NCBI GenBank assembly: GCA_951406725.2
Contig: OX597814.1
Span: 75,020,001 to 75,084,000 of the forward strand
DNA: 64,000 bases
Direction of reading: 5' to 3'
DNA from: Octopus vulgaris
Taxonomy: Eukaryota
Of the stretch, positions 1 to 11,812 are shown piece by piece. Numbering within the stretch: position 1 is the first letter of the stretch; each line of letters opens with the position of its first letter. The translations under genes and the position numbers were made by a program. The notes beneath the pieces are model-generated. The model worked only from the letters and a program-made list of their open reading frames with translations. It was not told where the DNA came from and did no database searches.

Positions 1-464
1 GCTCAACTATCCGTTAATAAAGGCTGAAAGATGATACCAAAGGTGTTAAAAGTGAAACTGATACTCAATGGAAATCCAGAACAGATTATAACCCAGTTCA
101 TGAATAATAGCTTTCACAGGAGAACTTTCGCAAAGCAACAAAAGGCGATGCAAAGCTGATGAATAAATTTTAACCTTTAATTTCTTTATTTTGGATAGTT
201 AGAATACTGAAAGCGAAAGATACCCATTAAGAAAGAAGACAAATGCCTACTGAAGAAGCCAAGGGTTAACAGAGGAAATTATAAGAAAATCGAAATAGAC
301 TATTAAACTATTAATGGTCTCCATAAATGGAAGAAACATTTGTCCGTCCCCATGACTTGTATTAAGAATTTGGATTTCTGTCAAAAGCGAGAGGATTACT
401 GTTTGATTGGGGAAGTTGCTTCAACTTTGAACAATTTTATAGTACTGATAGATTTGAGCTTTTT

Positions 465-690
465 TTGTTCAGCGTGGAAATTCATTTTTTTTTTCCATAT
501 TCAAGAATAGCTATTGAGAAAATGCACACTATTGCAATTTCTATTATCAGCTGTGAGCGATCTTTTAGCAAGTTGAAATTCATCATTACATTTGAGAGCT
601 TCAGTGAACTTAAAAGATCTTTCGGCTTTAATGTTGGAAAATACAAATGTTGATGATATTATCAATGTGTTTGCATTGTTGAACGCTAAA
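465..690 (+). pseudogene. Decayed hAT-superfamily transposase C-terminal (dimerization domain) fragment
   Basis: ORF 465-653 contains TIAISIISCERSFSKLK, resembling the hAT 'S(C/A)ERSFS.LK' motif. It is followed out of frame by DDIINVFA. A possible terminal repeat AATCCGCCACTG lies at 1576-1587. Confidence 0.6.
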
Positions 691-3600
691 AATTATATGT
701 ATAGTTTAAAACTATATTCAAAATTATTCATGAAAAAGAGGTGGAATCAGGGCATTTCTTTGTAAGATGAATATATAATTAGAAAATGATTTCATTTCAA
801 TAAATGTTCACATTTTTGTATTGTTTTACTTGTACTAATAATTTCGGGGTTGTAATTGTTTGACAAGTCACTCGATCTGAGACCATGAATGAAAAGAAGC
901 AATTATGCAGTGGGAGAACCCCCTTAGTCATCTAACAATAAAAAACTGTTACATTAACTTCTTTATTTCCTGAGGTATTATGCAATAAATGAAAAGTGAA
1001 GATAAGTTTTTGTGTGCATTAATAATTGTGTTGTGTGTATGTTTTATATATAACTACTTTTCTTTTAATCATAAAATAGTCTTGGTATAGATATATTTGT
1101 TATTCTAAATAACAAGTTATTACTGGTTTTATAGGCGTCATTTATTGATTTACCCTCTGTAGAGGTGTGTTCCTGTGTAGAAGTGGTGCAAGTAATTCCT
1201 AACAGAATATTTTTACCTTCTATAATGTGGTTTGCTTGTTTTATTGTGTGTAATGGTTGATTGTATTTGATGTTCTTTGGTGTCAGTGAATTTAGTTGGC
1301 ACTACTTTTAGTTTTACAGTGGTGGACTGGTCACGTTGCCAGCTTACCCGATGTCAAGTTGACTCCTACGCCATTAGAATCCGTATATGGGGGCCCATCT
1401 CCTCAAGTTTGAGAATTTTAAAATTCACTTTTGGAAGAATGCATTAATTATTTCAACCTGGTTGTGTTTGTAGACAGTTGAAAAGAATACTTATAACAAA
1501 AAGAAAAATTAAATCATAGTATTGTAGTTGTGGGTGGGTCCCCTTAATCTCCTGGCGACCAGTATTTTGAGATCCAATCCGCCACTGGGCATGTAGGTGG
1601 TTGATGTAAGGTTTCGAGTATGTATTAATATGTTGCGAAAATAATGAACTTATGTGGCTTCGCCATTCTTTCTTTTTGTAAACTCATGAGAAGCTGCAAC
1701 ATTTTCAATTTTCTCAAGAACATAAGCATCGTGAGAAAAAGGAATTGACTTCAACCGGTTTTTGCTCGCCATATTTTCAAAATAAGTAATCCTTCTGGCT
1801 GAGTATAAAGCCAATAAAGGACAGGTACAACTGACTGAATTGATCCAATATTTTGGATACTTAGTATTGATACTACAGCTAGACTTTCTGCCTAATCTAC
1901 ATCTTGAAGCAGTAATGGAAGATTTCAAGATTAGAGTCCTTCTTGAATGGAGAAAATTTAGTTCCCATGATGTTTGAGGAAAAGAAAAGATGTATCAGGA
2001 AGAGTATGTTTTGAGGAAATCCGAAGGTGAGAATGACCGACTTGAAGCCTCATAATCTAAATATTTATTTTGTTGGTAGTCACTCGATGTTGATTGAAAC
2101 ATGACTAAGAACTTGATATTATGTACTCGGTGCAATCACAGGTCTAATGGCATTTGAAGTAAGTAAACATATATTGCGGAAAGACTTAAAATAAATAAAG
2201 TGGGGTTGGGGGGTACAAAAGGAAGTTTTGCCTAGATTACTTAAGCATGACTGAAGATTTTAATCTACCTTGATTATTCGTGGGGGATAATACACACACA
2301 CACACACTCTCTCTATTTCCTAGATGGTCTCATTTATTTACTGGATAATCGACTAAAAGTATGTCCATAATTGTTGCTCCCCCCACCACCACCACTGTCA
2401 ATCCTGATCGATCAGACCAATTATCTAAAGTATTCCAGCCGTAACTGCTCCGTCTCATTTTAAAGGTATGTAGGACGATAGAATCTGTGTTCTGTCCTAT
2501 ATAAAAAGGAAGAGTATGGCTTGAGGGAGATTTGGCTGATATTTCAAGCAGGTCAAGCGAGCATGTAGAGTCGTTTGGTCTAAGTTGGTGGAATTTTGTT
2601 TTTGTTTGCGACAAGAAATATACTTGTGCGATACTCGTATCAGAAATGAAATCAGGATTGTGAAAAAAGAACGGAAGAATATAATAGTTGGAAATAAAAG
2701 TTAACTTTAAAGGTATAAAATGAAGTGAGCAACTAAGTGACTACTCTAGGAGAATGAACATGTGGATGCCGCACAGAGAAAAAGAAAAAAAAGCCTTTGT
2801 TTAATACTTCTACTTTCATATTGTCATTGGGACAATTGAATTTCCCCTCGTAATTTCCTCGACATAGAAACAGAAATAGTTTAAAATATCAATCGAAATG
2901 TTTATTTTTTTTTTATGAAACAGGTGAGTATTATACAACTGAAAGAAGTTGTTTATTATAAATTTAATAAACAACGCAAGGTACCCTCCTTTCCTCTCAT
3001 TCAGTCTGTCTATGTATGTATGTATATATGCATGCATGCATGTATGTATATGCATGTTTCTCCGGAAGTTCGTTGACCAAGTAGGACACAGCTCTCACTG
3101 TCTTTACCCCTTCTTTTGAAAGTACTATTTAGTTTCTTTATTTTTATCATGACCCAGTGGAACATATTTTCAGTCTGAATTAAAATAAACTTCTTTTTTT
3201 GTAAAGTTAATCGTAATATGTTACAAAAAATTATTATTATAGGACTCGGATAAGTAGATAAAGGAATATTTGCATTTATTTATCCTTTCCTACGAACTTT
3301 TTGACGAACCTCCAAGTGATATTCTTGCTGGCAGCCTAATGCTGAGAGCGTTAAAGCTATTCCGAAGCAGTCAGTCAGTTATTTAGCCCGAGGTGTTTAC
3401 ATTTGTTATTTCTAGTAGCTTAGTCGGGGATTACAATACGCTGAACAGGTAGTAGTAAACGTACTGTGACATAGCTAACTGATTATTTCCGCATCCAAAC
3501 GGACAGGTGAACCTCAATAACTTGTGTGTGGCCTGCTTACACAATGACAGTCACATGCTTCATTTAGAGAGCAACTGCGCAAGTTAAGGATTGTTTTAAA

Positions 3601-4169
3601 ACATCAAATGACTTCTATGTTTTAGAAAGACAAGCCCTCTTCGATCAGGTACGTGCCTATATAACTAACACTAATAAGAGAGAAATAAAAAGCAAGATAT
3701 TTGAAAAGGAAAATTGACGTTAGACACTTTGAAATGGTTGTTTGTTAGTAAAAGTATCTATACACACACACACACATATATATATATTCTGTTTGCTGTT
3801 GAAAAAGAGTTTCTCACAAAAATATTTTTGGCTCTTTTAGTCAGATACAATATAAACTGAGAGTTAACGATATATTGATTTTCCATTTTTTATTCGTTCA
3901 TATTGTTTTACTACTTGCATGCGAGTTAAATACCCCTCTTTACCATGGACTAGGGCCGTCATTAAAGACCAGTGTATAACATTCGGTTAGTGTCAAACTT
4001 TTCAGAGACTGATGTTCACAACTTATTTTCGTGGAATAGGGTCATTTTCATAGACATTAGATTTCTCACAATATTATTATTATTATTATTCACTATGTAA
4101 ACAAAAAGAAAAAGTATTCAAGTCCTACAAACCAACACTCGCTACTCAAGGAGAATTACAGTACCAGGA

Positions 4170-4680
4170 TTTACTGCCAGTTCGGAGAGTTAGTAGGGTG
4201 TAACCTGACTACATAAAAGTCAGCATAGCGAAGATCAGTTTTATGCTTCCCTGTTGAAAGGATGTGATGTCCTGAGAACAGTCTGGTATTGGCATAATTA
4301 TGATTCTTTTTGTTGAAGCTCAAGCAGTCATCTAAAGAAAGAATGTTGGGATAATTGTAGGTGGAGTTATTCATAAATGGATTAAGGCTCTCAATATTTT
4401 GCCATGCTCTGGCAGATACCAAATTCTATTCAGACCAACAAAAGTGTGTCTTCTCTAATCTTTTGTAAAAGACAAAGCTTTAATGCAAATATCTCTGATA
4501 ATGCAGTAAATTCCTCAAATGAACGTTTCAATGTCTAAAAGTTAGAGCTGTGATGGAATTAATGATTGTTACCAAACATATTCAAATGTTTCTCTTTTTC
4601 CCACCAAGGAATTTCTAAAGATCAAAAACAACATAATATTGTTATCAGAATTGAAGGCAACTGGAATATGGAAAATTAAA
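4170..4680 (-). pseudogene. Highly decayed RTE-type LINE reverse transcriptase fragment
   Basis: Minus-strand translations give QIFALK-like, KILRA-like and TDLRYAD motifs in RT order, with many disruptions. Confidence 0.45.
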
Positions 4681-6369
4681 TGTCCTGCTTATTCACTTAT
4701 TTCTATTTGTTGGAAACATATTCTCTAATAAGAATAATAACGATAAGAATGCTTATTATTTAATCCTATGGAAGATAGAAAACCTAAATATAAGAAATAA
4801 TATAATTCTCTATATTGGCTGCAGATGTATAGGAAGAGAAACATCAATTTGACATCCTTTTTTCTAAGGCATTAACCATCTAAGTTTTACTTGATTATTT
4901 AAAACCACACTTCACTTTACAGTGAAATGCTGATGATATACTCTACATGGAATACACACACAGACATTATTTAAAACAGTTTGATTCGGCTTCATGCGAC
5001 TTAAAGTTTCGAGCCAAATCAAACTGTTTTAAAAAATACATATATAACGTGTTGAGTGCTTTTTTTCTTTCGTTTGTCCACTCACTTGTGTGTGTGTGTA
5101 CATAATTGTGACAGTCGTGTGCAGCCCAACCCTGGGCGTAACTGGGGTAAGCCATTTTACTCAGCATTTTGATTTCCATGTTAGATAGTATTTGAACCAC
5201 ATAAAATATATTTTAATATTTTACGATTCTTACATCACGATATATATATATGACTTTGTTTTTGGACCACACCTTGAATTTCCGGGCTCTGGACATTTGA
5301 ACTAGCCATCTCTTCCCCTCTCATAGGCCCTGTTTATATCACACACGCACAAATTGATATCCGTCGTTCGACTCCTAGGATTCAGTTTTTCGGTGAACCT
5401 AACCACCTGCTCTTGAATTAACTTTTTAGTAGCTGAGTATTCCCATATGTACGACCTTCATGTAACTCTCAAGGCTAGACCTTTTGAATTCTACACCAGG
5501 TTATTAGCATTACAGTGCCGAAGTGATGTATGTGTGTCTAGGTGTAGTTGTAAACAAGTGGTGCTATTTGTTTCCACTTTTCTGTGAAAACAGGTCTGGC
5601 TTCAAGGAAGCAGTTAAGGGTTGGGACATAAAGAGCATCCAGCCACAGAAAATCTGCCTCAATAAATTCTCATAGCATAGAAAAGTAGACATTAAAATGA
5701 TGATAGTGATATATATATATATGCTTGTGTGTGTTTACATATGTGCATGCATACACTTGTACACATGCATATGTGTGTGTGTGTGTGTGGGTGGGTGGTT
5801 ACCTCAACTAGAGTAACCATGTATCTTACCACACAGCAAGACACCTGTTCCTGTCCTTTAACCTCATAACACGTGGCATAAAGTCACTTCCCCACAATAC
5901 TATATGTATATTCTCTGAACATGTTGCAAGCGACACCCATCTTTGCCACATTTGTGTAAAAGAGTGTAGATCCCTTGTATGAATGAAATGCCACATCTGT
6001 ACTGCTGATTTTAAGAGAACAATCATGCAATGCATTACTTGAAGTCAGATTACTATCAGCTAACACACACTCTTACATACACACAATTTTTAAAAATTAG
6101 GGATCAAGAGAGAGGGAGCAGGATGCAGACATATAAAGGAATGTGGAATGGGAAGAGATCAGGAGATAAAGGAGGTGGAATCTGTGAGATGACCATATCA
6201 TTGGAAAAATGGAGGGTTTAAAGAAACACAATGGGAAGAGACATATAGCAGCACAATGAGAAGATCTATAAAGTTCTAGGAGTATGAGGGTAGATGAAAC
6301 CTACCCAGTGTCTTAGTATGGATTTTCTCTTGTGTATGCCTGTATCTTAATGTCAAGATGGAGATCTTG

Positions 6370-6760
6370 ACATTAAGATACAAGTTGCTTAGAATTATAC
6401 ATTTTTCTCTGTTCTGCAGCCCTTGCATCTCTTGGTAGCATTCCTGTACGGTCTAGATTTTTGTTGATTTTCCAGCTGTCAAAATCTGTATCATTTTCTT
6501 TAATTGCCAGATATAGCTTGCAAATTACCTCATTTTCCTTTTTACAGTGTTTATGAATGAGGCAATGTGATTGAGTTATCTTTGCTTAAAGGGTTTTTGA
6601 GTCAATCTAGTATGTTGTTCTAGGATGATGCTTTGATTATTATTTCTAGATTTACCTCTACTTCATAACTAATGACATACATCATTCAGTGGGCATGCTG
6701 TTGAATTCTTACATGAGCATGTAACTTCAATATTAGGTGTATGTTTCTATAAACAATCCT
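6370..6760 (-). pseudogene. Penelope-like element GIY-YIG endonuclease remnant
   Basis: Frameshifted minus-strand translation: CSCKNSTACPLNDVC...FKQR*LNHIASF...ASYIWQLKENDTDFD..WKI...RPYRNATKRCKGCRTEK. This matches the PLE linker/endonuclease pattern CxC..CP...FK.R..NH..SF...YIW.LK...C..C..EK. Confidence 0.75.
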
Positions 6761-6911
6761 GATGCTAAGGTGTTGAAATTGTTTTGACCTTCAAACGACA
6801 GCTGATGAGGGGAGAGTTGTGTCTAGGTTTATACTTTTCCATGTCTTGTTCTTTTAACATATTGGCTATGCTTGTGTTTTCTTTCTTTCTCTTTCAGTTT
6901 CTCTCCCTATA

Positions 6912-7600
6912 CAGGGTGTGGTGAATAAACGGTTGTCTAAATTATGCAAAAATGAAAATAACACTGACGTTTCATTTTAACAGATATATTTTCCAAAATT
7001 ACATTAGAATATCTTGAAATACTATAGAGTAAATTTATTCAATAAAATCACCATTAGCTTCAACCACAGCCTTCAGATGACTTCAAAATCTGCAATTCTT
7101 CTGGACAGTCTCCTTGTTTAAGTTGGTGAATGCTGCCATAATTTTTGCCTTCAGTCATCTTCGGTGTTACAAGGAGTTGCTCAACTGCACCCCACACATA
7201 ATAATCAAGGCGGTTGCAGTCTGGGGAGTTAGGTGACCAGATGTTAGGGGTGATGTGGTCAGAGAATTTGTCTGACAGCCATGACTGGGTTCTTCTGCTT
7301 GCGTGGCATGGTCTGTTGCCAGACATAAGTTCTTCCAGCAGCCACCCTCTTGACCCAGGGCAGCACTACCTCCTCCAGGTACTTGATATAGGCCTCCGTG
7401 TTGAGTCTGAGGTCAAGTGGGAAGATGAATGGAGGCATAATGTCGCCATCACTAGTGATCATACCAAACACCATGAAGTTGACTAAATGTTTTGATTTTT
7501 ATCACTCTCAGTACATGTCCTCAGATTAACACCCAAAGACTCTGAAATGTTCATATTAGAGCTTCCAGTGTGAATGCCAAGCAGTACAGCATGTTGTCAT
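6912..7600 (-). mobile_element. Internally deleted Tc1/mariner-superfamily transposon (maT/DD37D-like) with frameshifted transposase
   Basis: The terminus is TA|CAGGGTG at 6912. ORFs 7259-7474 (MVFG..DGDIMPPFIF..YVWQQ) and 7060-7326 (PCH..WSPNSPDCNRLDYYVWG) reconstruct the catalytic domain. Confidence 0.8.
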
Positions 7601-7603
7601 ACA

Positions 7604-8810
7604 TGCACATCCTGCAGAGCTTGCTAACTTCATTTCTTTCTAGTTTTTGCATATAATCTGCATTTGTGGCCCATGTTTCGCTATCCTGTAGTAGTGTTGT
7701 TCATACACATATATCATACAATTTTCCTTTTTCTTTAAGAGAGGCCTTTTGTTTACCAACAGAGGTAATAGTGCTCTGAAGTATTGCTATTTTCAGAACA
7801 TCTTCCTCCACTGCTAATTAGATCACCTAGGTAACAAACTGTCTGAGCATTCAAGAAAATCTATTATCCATGTGTTCTTAATGTTTATTTCTCCTGTGCA
7901 TCTGCTACAAAGTCTGTTAGTCTTTCAATAATTCTACTGCATTCTTGTATCCATAATTTTTATTAGCAATACCATTTGGAATTACTGTCCACACCTTTTT
8001 TTACATGTCAAACAGAGCTATTTTCCTACTTACTAGGACTTTGATCTCTTCTAAGTTAACTTCAAGAACCTTTGATTCTATGTTTTGCTTCCACACCTGA
8101 AATTTCTTTTCTTATTTTGCTAACAAGGTCGTTAACATAAAGGAGTTCTCACAGACAGCTTGTCTTAAGCTCCTCTGTTATAGCCAAGAGAAAAATGATA
8201 AATTGGATGGGTTTGAGAGCTGAGCCCCATTGAACTCCTACCTGCACACTAAATTTGTCACTTTATTTATTATTAACTTTCACCTTACTGATAGCATCCC
8301 TGTATATGTCTTGGATGGCTCTTAGTCTACTCCCAGCTTCAGTAGCAATCCCCAAATCAAAGAGCCAGGGGCCCTGTTAAAGACTTTATCCAGGTCAGTG
8401 ACAGCTAAATACTTCTCCTGCAATTGCTTAACTAGGAAGAGAGCATCTGTGGTACTCCTTCCTCATTCAAATATAAAGCAAAACTGCATTTTATCTTGTC
8501 TAACCATCTTCCTAATTAGTTGTGATATAATTTTTTCTGTAATTTTTAAGACCTGGCATAACAGTTTTATACATCTATAATTACTTCTCTCTAAGACATC
8601 TCCTTTTCTCTTATATCAATTGACTGTAGTGCTGCTATACCAGTCATTAGGCATATCTTTCTGTACAACCTGATCAACTATACAGGTAACTAGATCATAT
8701 CCAACTCTGCCAGATATTTTAAGCATCTAATTGGTAATTCCTGATGGACCAGCTGCTTTCTCTTACTTTATGACTTTTGTTGCATTATTTGTCATACTAT
8801 TATCAATTTG
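7604..8810 (-). pseudogene. Decayed RTE-clade LINE RT region
   Basis: Minus-strand motifs resemble DLEKAFD (~8375-8400), GVHQGSVLS (~8215-8240) and ELLYADDL (~8125-8150), with stops and frameshifts. Confidence 0.7.
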
Positions 8811-8924
8811 AATCTTATGTATATATATATATATATATACATATTCTTGTGTATGTGTACTTTGTTTCATATTTATATTTGCATTTTATACCTTCATTTT
8901 ATATCTTCATAATTGTACTTTATA

Positions 8925-9050
8925 ATCTCTGACGAGGCCTTGAGATATATATATAAGTAACTCATTTTTAACTGCATATTACCTCAATACATCTGACTAA
9001 TATAGGCATAATGAGATACCCTTATCTACAGGCTGAAACAGCTGTAAGAT
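8925..9050 (+). ncRNA. Type I hammerhead ribozyme motif in a non-coding repeat (~8845-9405) flanked by TA
   Basis: ATCT-CTGACGA-GGCCT...AGGCT-GAAAC-AGCT-GTA-AGAT. Stem I is 4 bp (ATCT/AGAT), stem II is closed by G.U, stem III is palindromic (ACAGCTGT), and the cleavage triplet is GUA. Confidence 0.7.
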
Positions 9051-9417
9051 CCATTTTATATGTATTATTTTAATTTATTATCTTATTTATTGATGTATAT
9101 TGTTTTATTCTGTTTTACTCTGTTGGATTTGGATGTTCCTATTTAATTAGTTAATAAATTATATGAATTGGTATTATCTGTAAGTTGATGATTGTAAGAA
9201 ATCTATTCCTCCATTTTCTTATTTTGTATTATGAATTTGAGGTAAAACATTTTACCTTTGCCCATATAATACAATAAATGAACTAATTGCATTGCAATTG
9301 TAAGCATTTAGGTATTAGCCTTTTGGGTACTTCACTGGCAGTATATTGGATAAATGATATCCCATAGTGGGTTACACTCATAACCCCTATCTCATTTTGT
9401 ACTTATATATATATATG

Positions 9418-10220
9418 CATAATCAAGAGTCACAATGAAGAGAGGAGCCAGAGGATTATCTTGTAAAACTCCAGTGTTCACCTTGGAAGAATTAGTTTCA
9501 CCTTCAGGAGTAACCACTATAGATGAAGTATTGACATATGTTTGATGGCTTCAGTGATGAAATTTGAAACGCTATAAGCACTTAAGATCCTGAGCATAAT
9601 ACTCCCGTCAATGAAGTCAAATGCTTTACAGAAGTTGATGAAGACAATCACTGTTTCTTTGCTATGATTTTGAATCTCCTTAATTATCCTTCACAAGGTT
9701 AAGATTTGCAGAGATGTTGATCTGTCCTGACAGAAACCATTTTGATTTGGTCAGAGAAGAGGGTCAAGGACAGCGCAAATGATTCAATAAAAGATGACTG
9801 CATATTTTTGCAGCAACCTGGGAGAGAGAGAAATTCCTTGGTAGTTATCGGGTATAGTCAGGCAGGCCTTAGGAATGGGAATGATGCCAGATGCACCCAC
9901 TCTGGAAGTTAGATAGTAACCATACCTGTCTCTTGCATACTGCTCTTAAAATCTCTTGGCAGTCACATACAGCTAACAAGATCTTATATGGGCATCTTCC
10001 GAAGATTTCAACTGTCATAAGAACGTGTCATGTACATTTGAGACACATTGAAGCTGCTGTGAGAGTTCTGTTATGGTCTCCTGATGTCACTTGTAGACAT
10101 TGCTGCCTGAACCAGACACTCAAGAAAATCATTGAAGAAGACATTGGATTTCATGAGTGTTTTGATGAATGTGATACTAGATCACAATGCATGAAGGAAC
10201 CTCATAGTGTTACTAATTGA
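9418..10220. mobile_element. RTE-type LINE remnant with 5' inversion
   Basis: 9418-9895 minus: DNYQGIS, NQNGF, VFINFCKAFD, GVLQDNPLAPLFIVTLDY. 9896-10220 plus: C-terminal KLD...ISWQSH..LYGHLPKIS...LLWSP. Confidence 0.75.
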
Positions 10221-10239
10221 TGTTGGATGATATAAATAT

Positions 10240-10464
10240 TTAGGTGCAGGATTGGCTGTGCGGTAAGAAGCTTGCTTTCCAACCACATGGTTCTGGGTTC
10301 AGTTCCACTGCATCACACTTTGGGCAAGTGTCTTCTACTATAGCTTCAAGCTGACCAAAGCCTTGTGAGTGAATTTTGTAGACGGAAACTGAAAGAAACC
10401 TGTCACATATATGTACATACATACCAATATATAATCTGAGATACTTGTTTTTGTTTTCCTTTTC

Positions 10465-10517
<53 letters not shown>

Positions 10518-10750
10518 GTGTGTATGTGTGCCTTTATATCTGTGTTAGTCCTCGCCACCACCGCTTGACAACTGGTGCTAGTGTATTTACATCCCTGTAA
10601 CTTAGTAGTTTGCAAAAGAGACTAATACAATAAGTACCAGGCTTTTAAAAAATAAGTACTGGGTTGATACATTTGACTAAAAATTCTTCTAGGCGGTGTC
10701 CCAGCATGGCCACAGTCTAATGATTGAAACAAGTAAAGATAAAAGATAAA
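10240..10750 (+). mobile_element. tRNA-headed SINE with internal TA microsatellite
   Basis: A-box-like TGGCTGTGCGG and B-box-like GGTTCAGTTCC, core GGGCAAGTGTCTTC, 3' end GGCGGTGTCCCAGCATGGCCACAG..TGAAAC and a simple-repeat tail. Related fragments occur elsewhere in the window. Confidence 0.75.
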
Positions 10751-11629
10751 TATATATATATATATAGCAAGATGTTTTAAAGTCTACTTTTCCATGCTTG
10801 CATGGGATGAATGTATGTTGGGGCAGAGTTTTCTATAGTTTGATGCCCTTTCTGTTGCCAAATTGTGTCCAAGCATGGTAATAATTTTCCAGTCTATTGA
10901 ATAACAAAAAACAGCTTAGACATACATGTTTACCTCAAAGAACTGGAAACGAAAGACACTTCATGAAGTGGTAATTTGTTTATAAAGATATTGCCACATG
11001 TCAAGACATGTCAAAAGCCTGGTCATGATTTTGTAATGGACTGCATGCAAATAACACTGTCTGAAAGCTAATACTTATGTGTGAGGAACGTATGTGAAGA
11101 TAAGAGAAATATGAATTCATACAAATACATAAACATACAGATACACAAGGAAATAAGACGATTGAAGACAACATGACCGAAGAGACAGGAGAGATGATAG
11201 AGACCTTGAAGGGGTGAGAGAAAAGGAAAAGAGTGTTAAGAGAGCAAAGCAGGTTGGGAGAATTAAGTTTGCACATTTTGGACACTTGGTCTAATGTAAC
11301 TTCCTATATGTAGGCTTAGAGGTGAGCAGGTGTGCTCAATATTCTGAGATACATACATACAGTAAAGGCAGTGTGACCCAGGATGTATGGGAGAAAAAGC
11401 ACAGTTATTAGATAGGAGTGACAGGTGGTACAGGAGGGGAAGGTGAAGGTAGAGTCTACTGGGTACAACAGATTTAAAGACGAGTATAATGGCAGAATGA
11501 AGTGAGGAAATGGAGGGTAGTATAGAAAGGAAGGAAAGTGACATCTGCTGGGCACAATTAGTCCAAAGGAAGTGCAAGCAGGTTATCAAGAATCATCAGA
11601 TTCAGTTAAGTCCTGAGTATTTGTGTTTG

Positions 11630-11780
11630 TAAATATGTGGTTCCAAAACTCTTGTATTTTCTTGCTTCCTGATCATGTAATTTCAGGTTCAGTTCTACTG
11701 TGCAGCACTCTGGGCAAGTGTCTTGACCAAAGCATTGTGAATGGTTTTGGTTGACAAACTGGAAAAAACCCATCATCTAT
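11630..11780 (+). mobile_element. SINE 5' fragment
   Basis: GGTTCAGTTCTACTG..GGGCAAGTGTCTT..CCAAAGC is similar to the 10240 copy. Confidence 0.6.
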
Positions 11781-11812
11781 ACAAATATAGTAAATATACA
11801 TTTACATATATA

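Noticed and set aside
1650-1928. 92-aa minus-strand ORF
   Set aside because: No recognisable domain; likely chance or decayed transposon.
3320-3655. Possible first exon ending at donor-like CAG|GTACGT
   Set aside because: No ORF or other support; the splice-like motif alone is insufficient.
6788-6815. CTGATGAG as a complete hammerhead
   Set aside because: No downstream GAAA or closing stems were found; at best a degenerate half.
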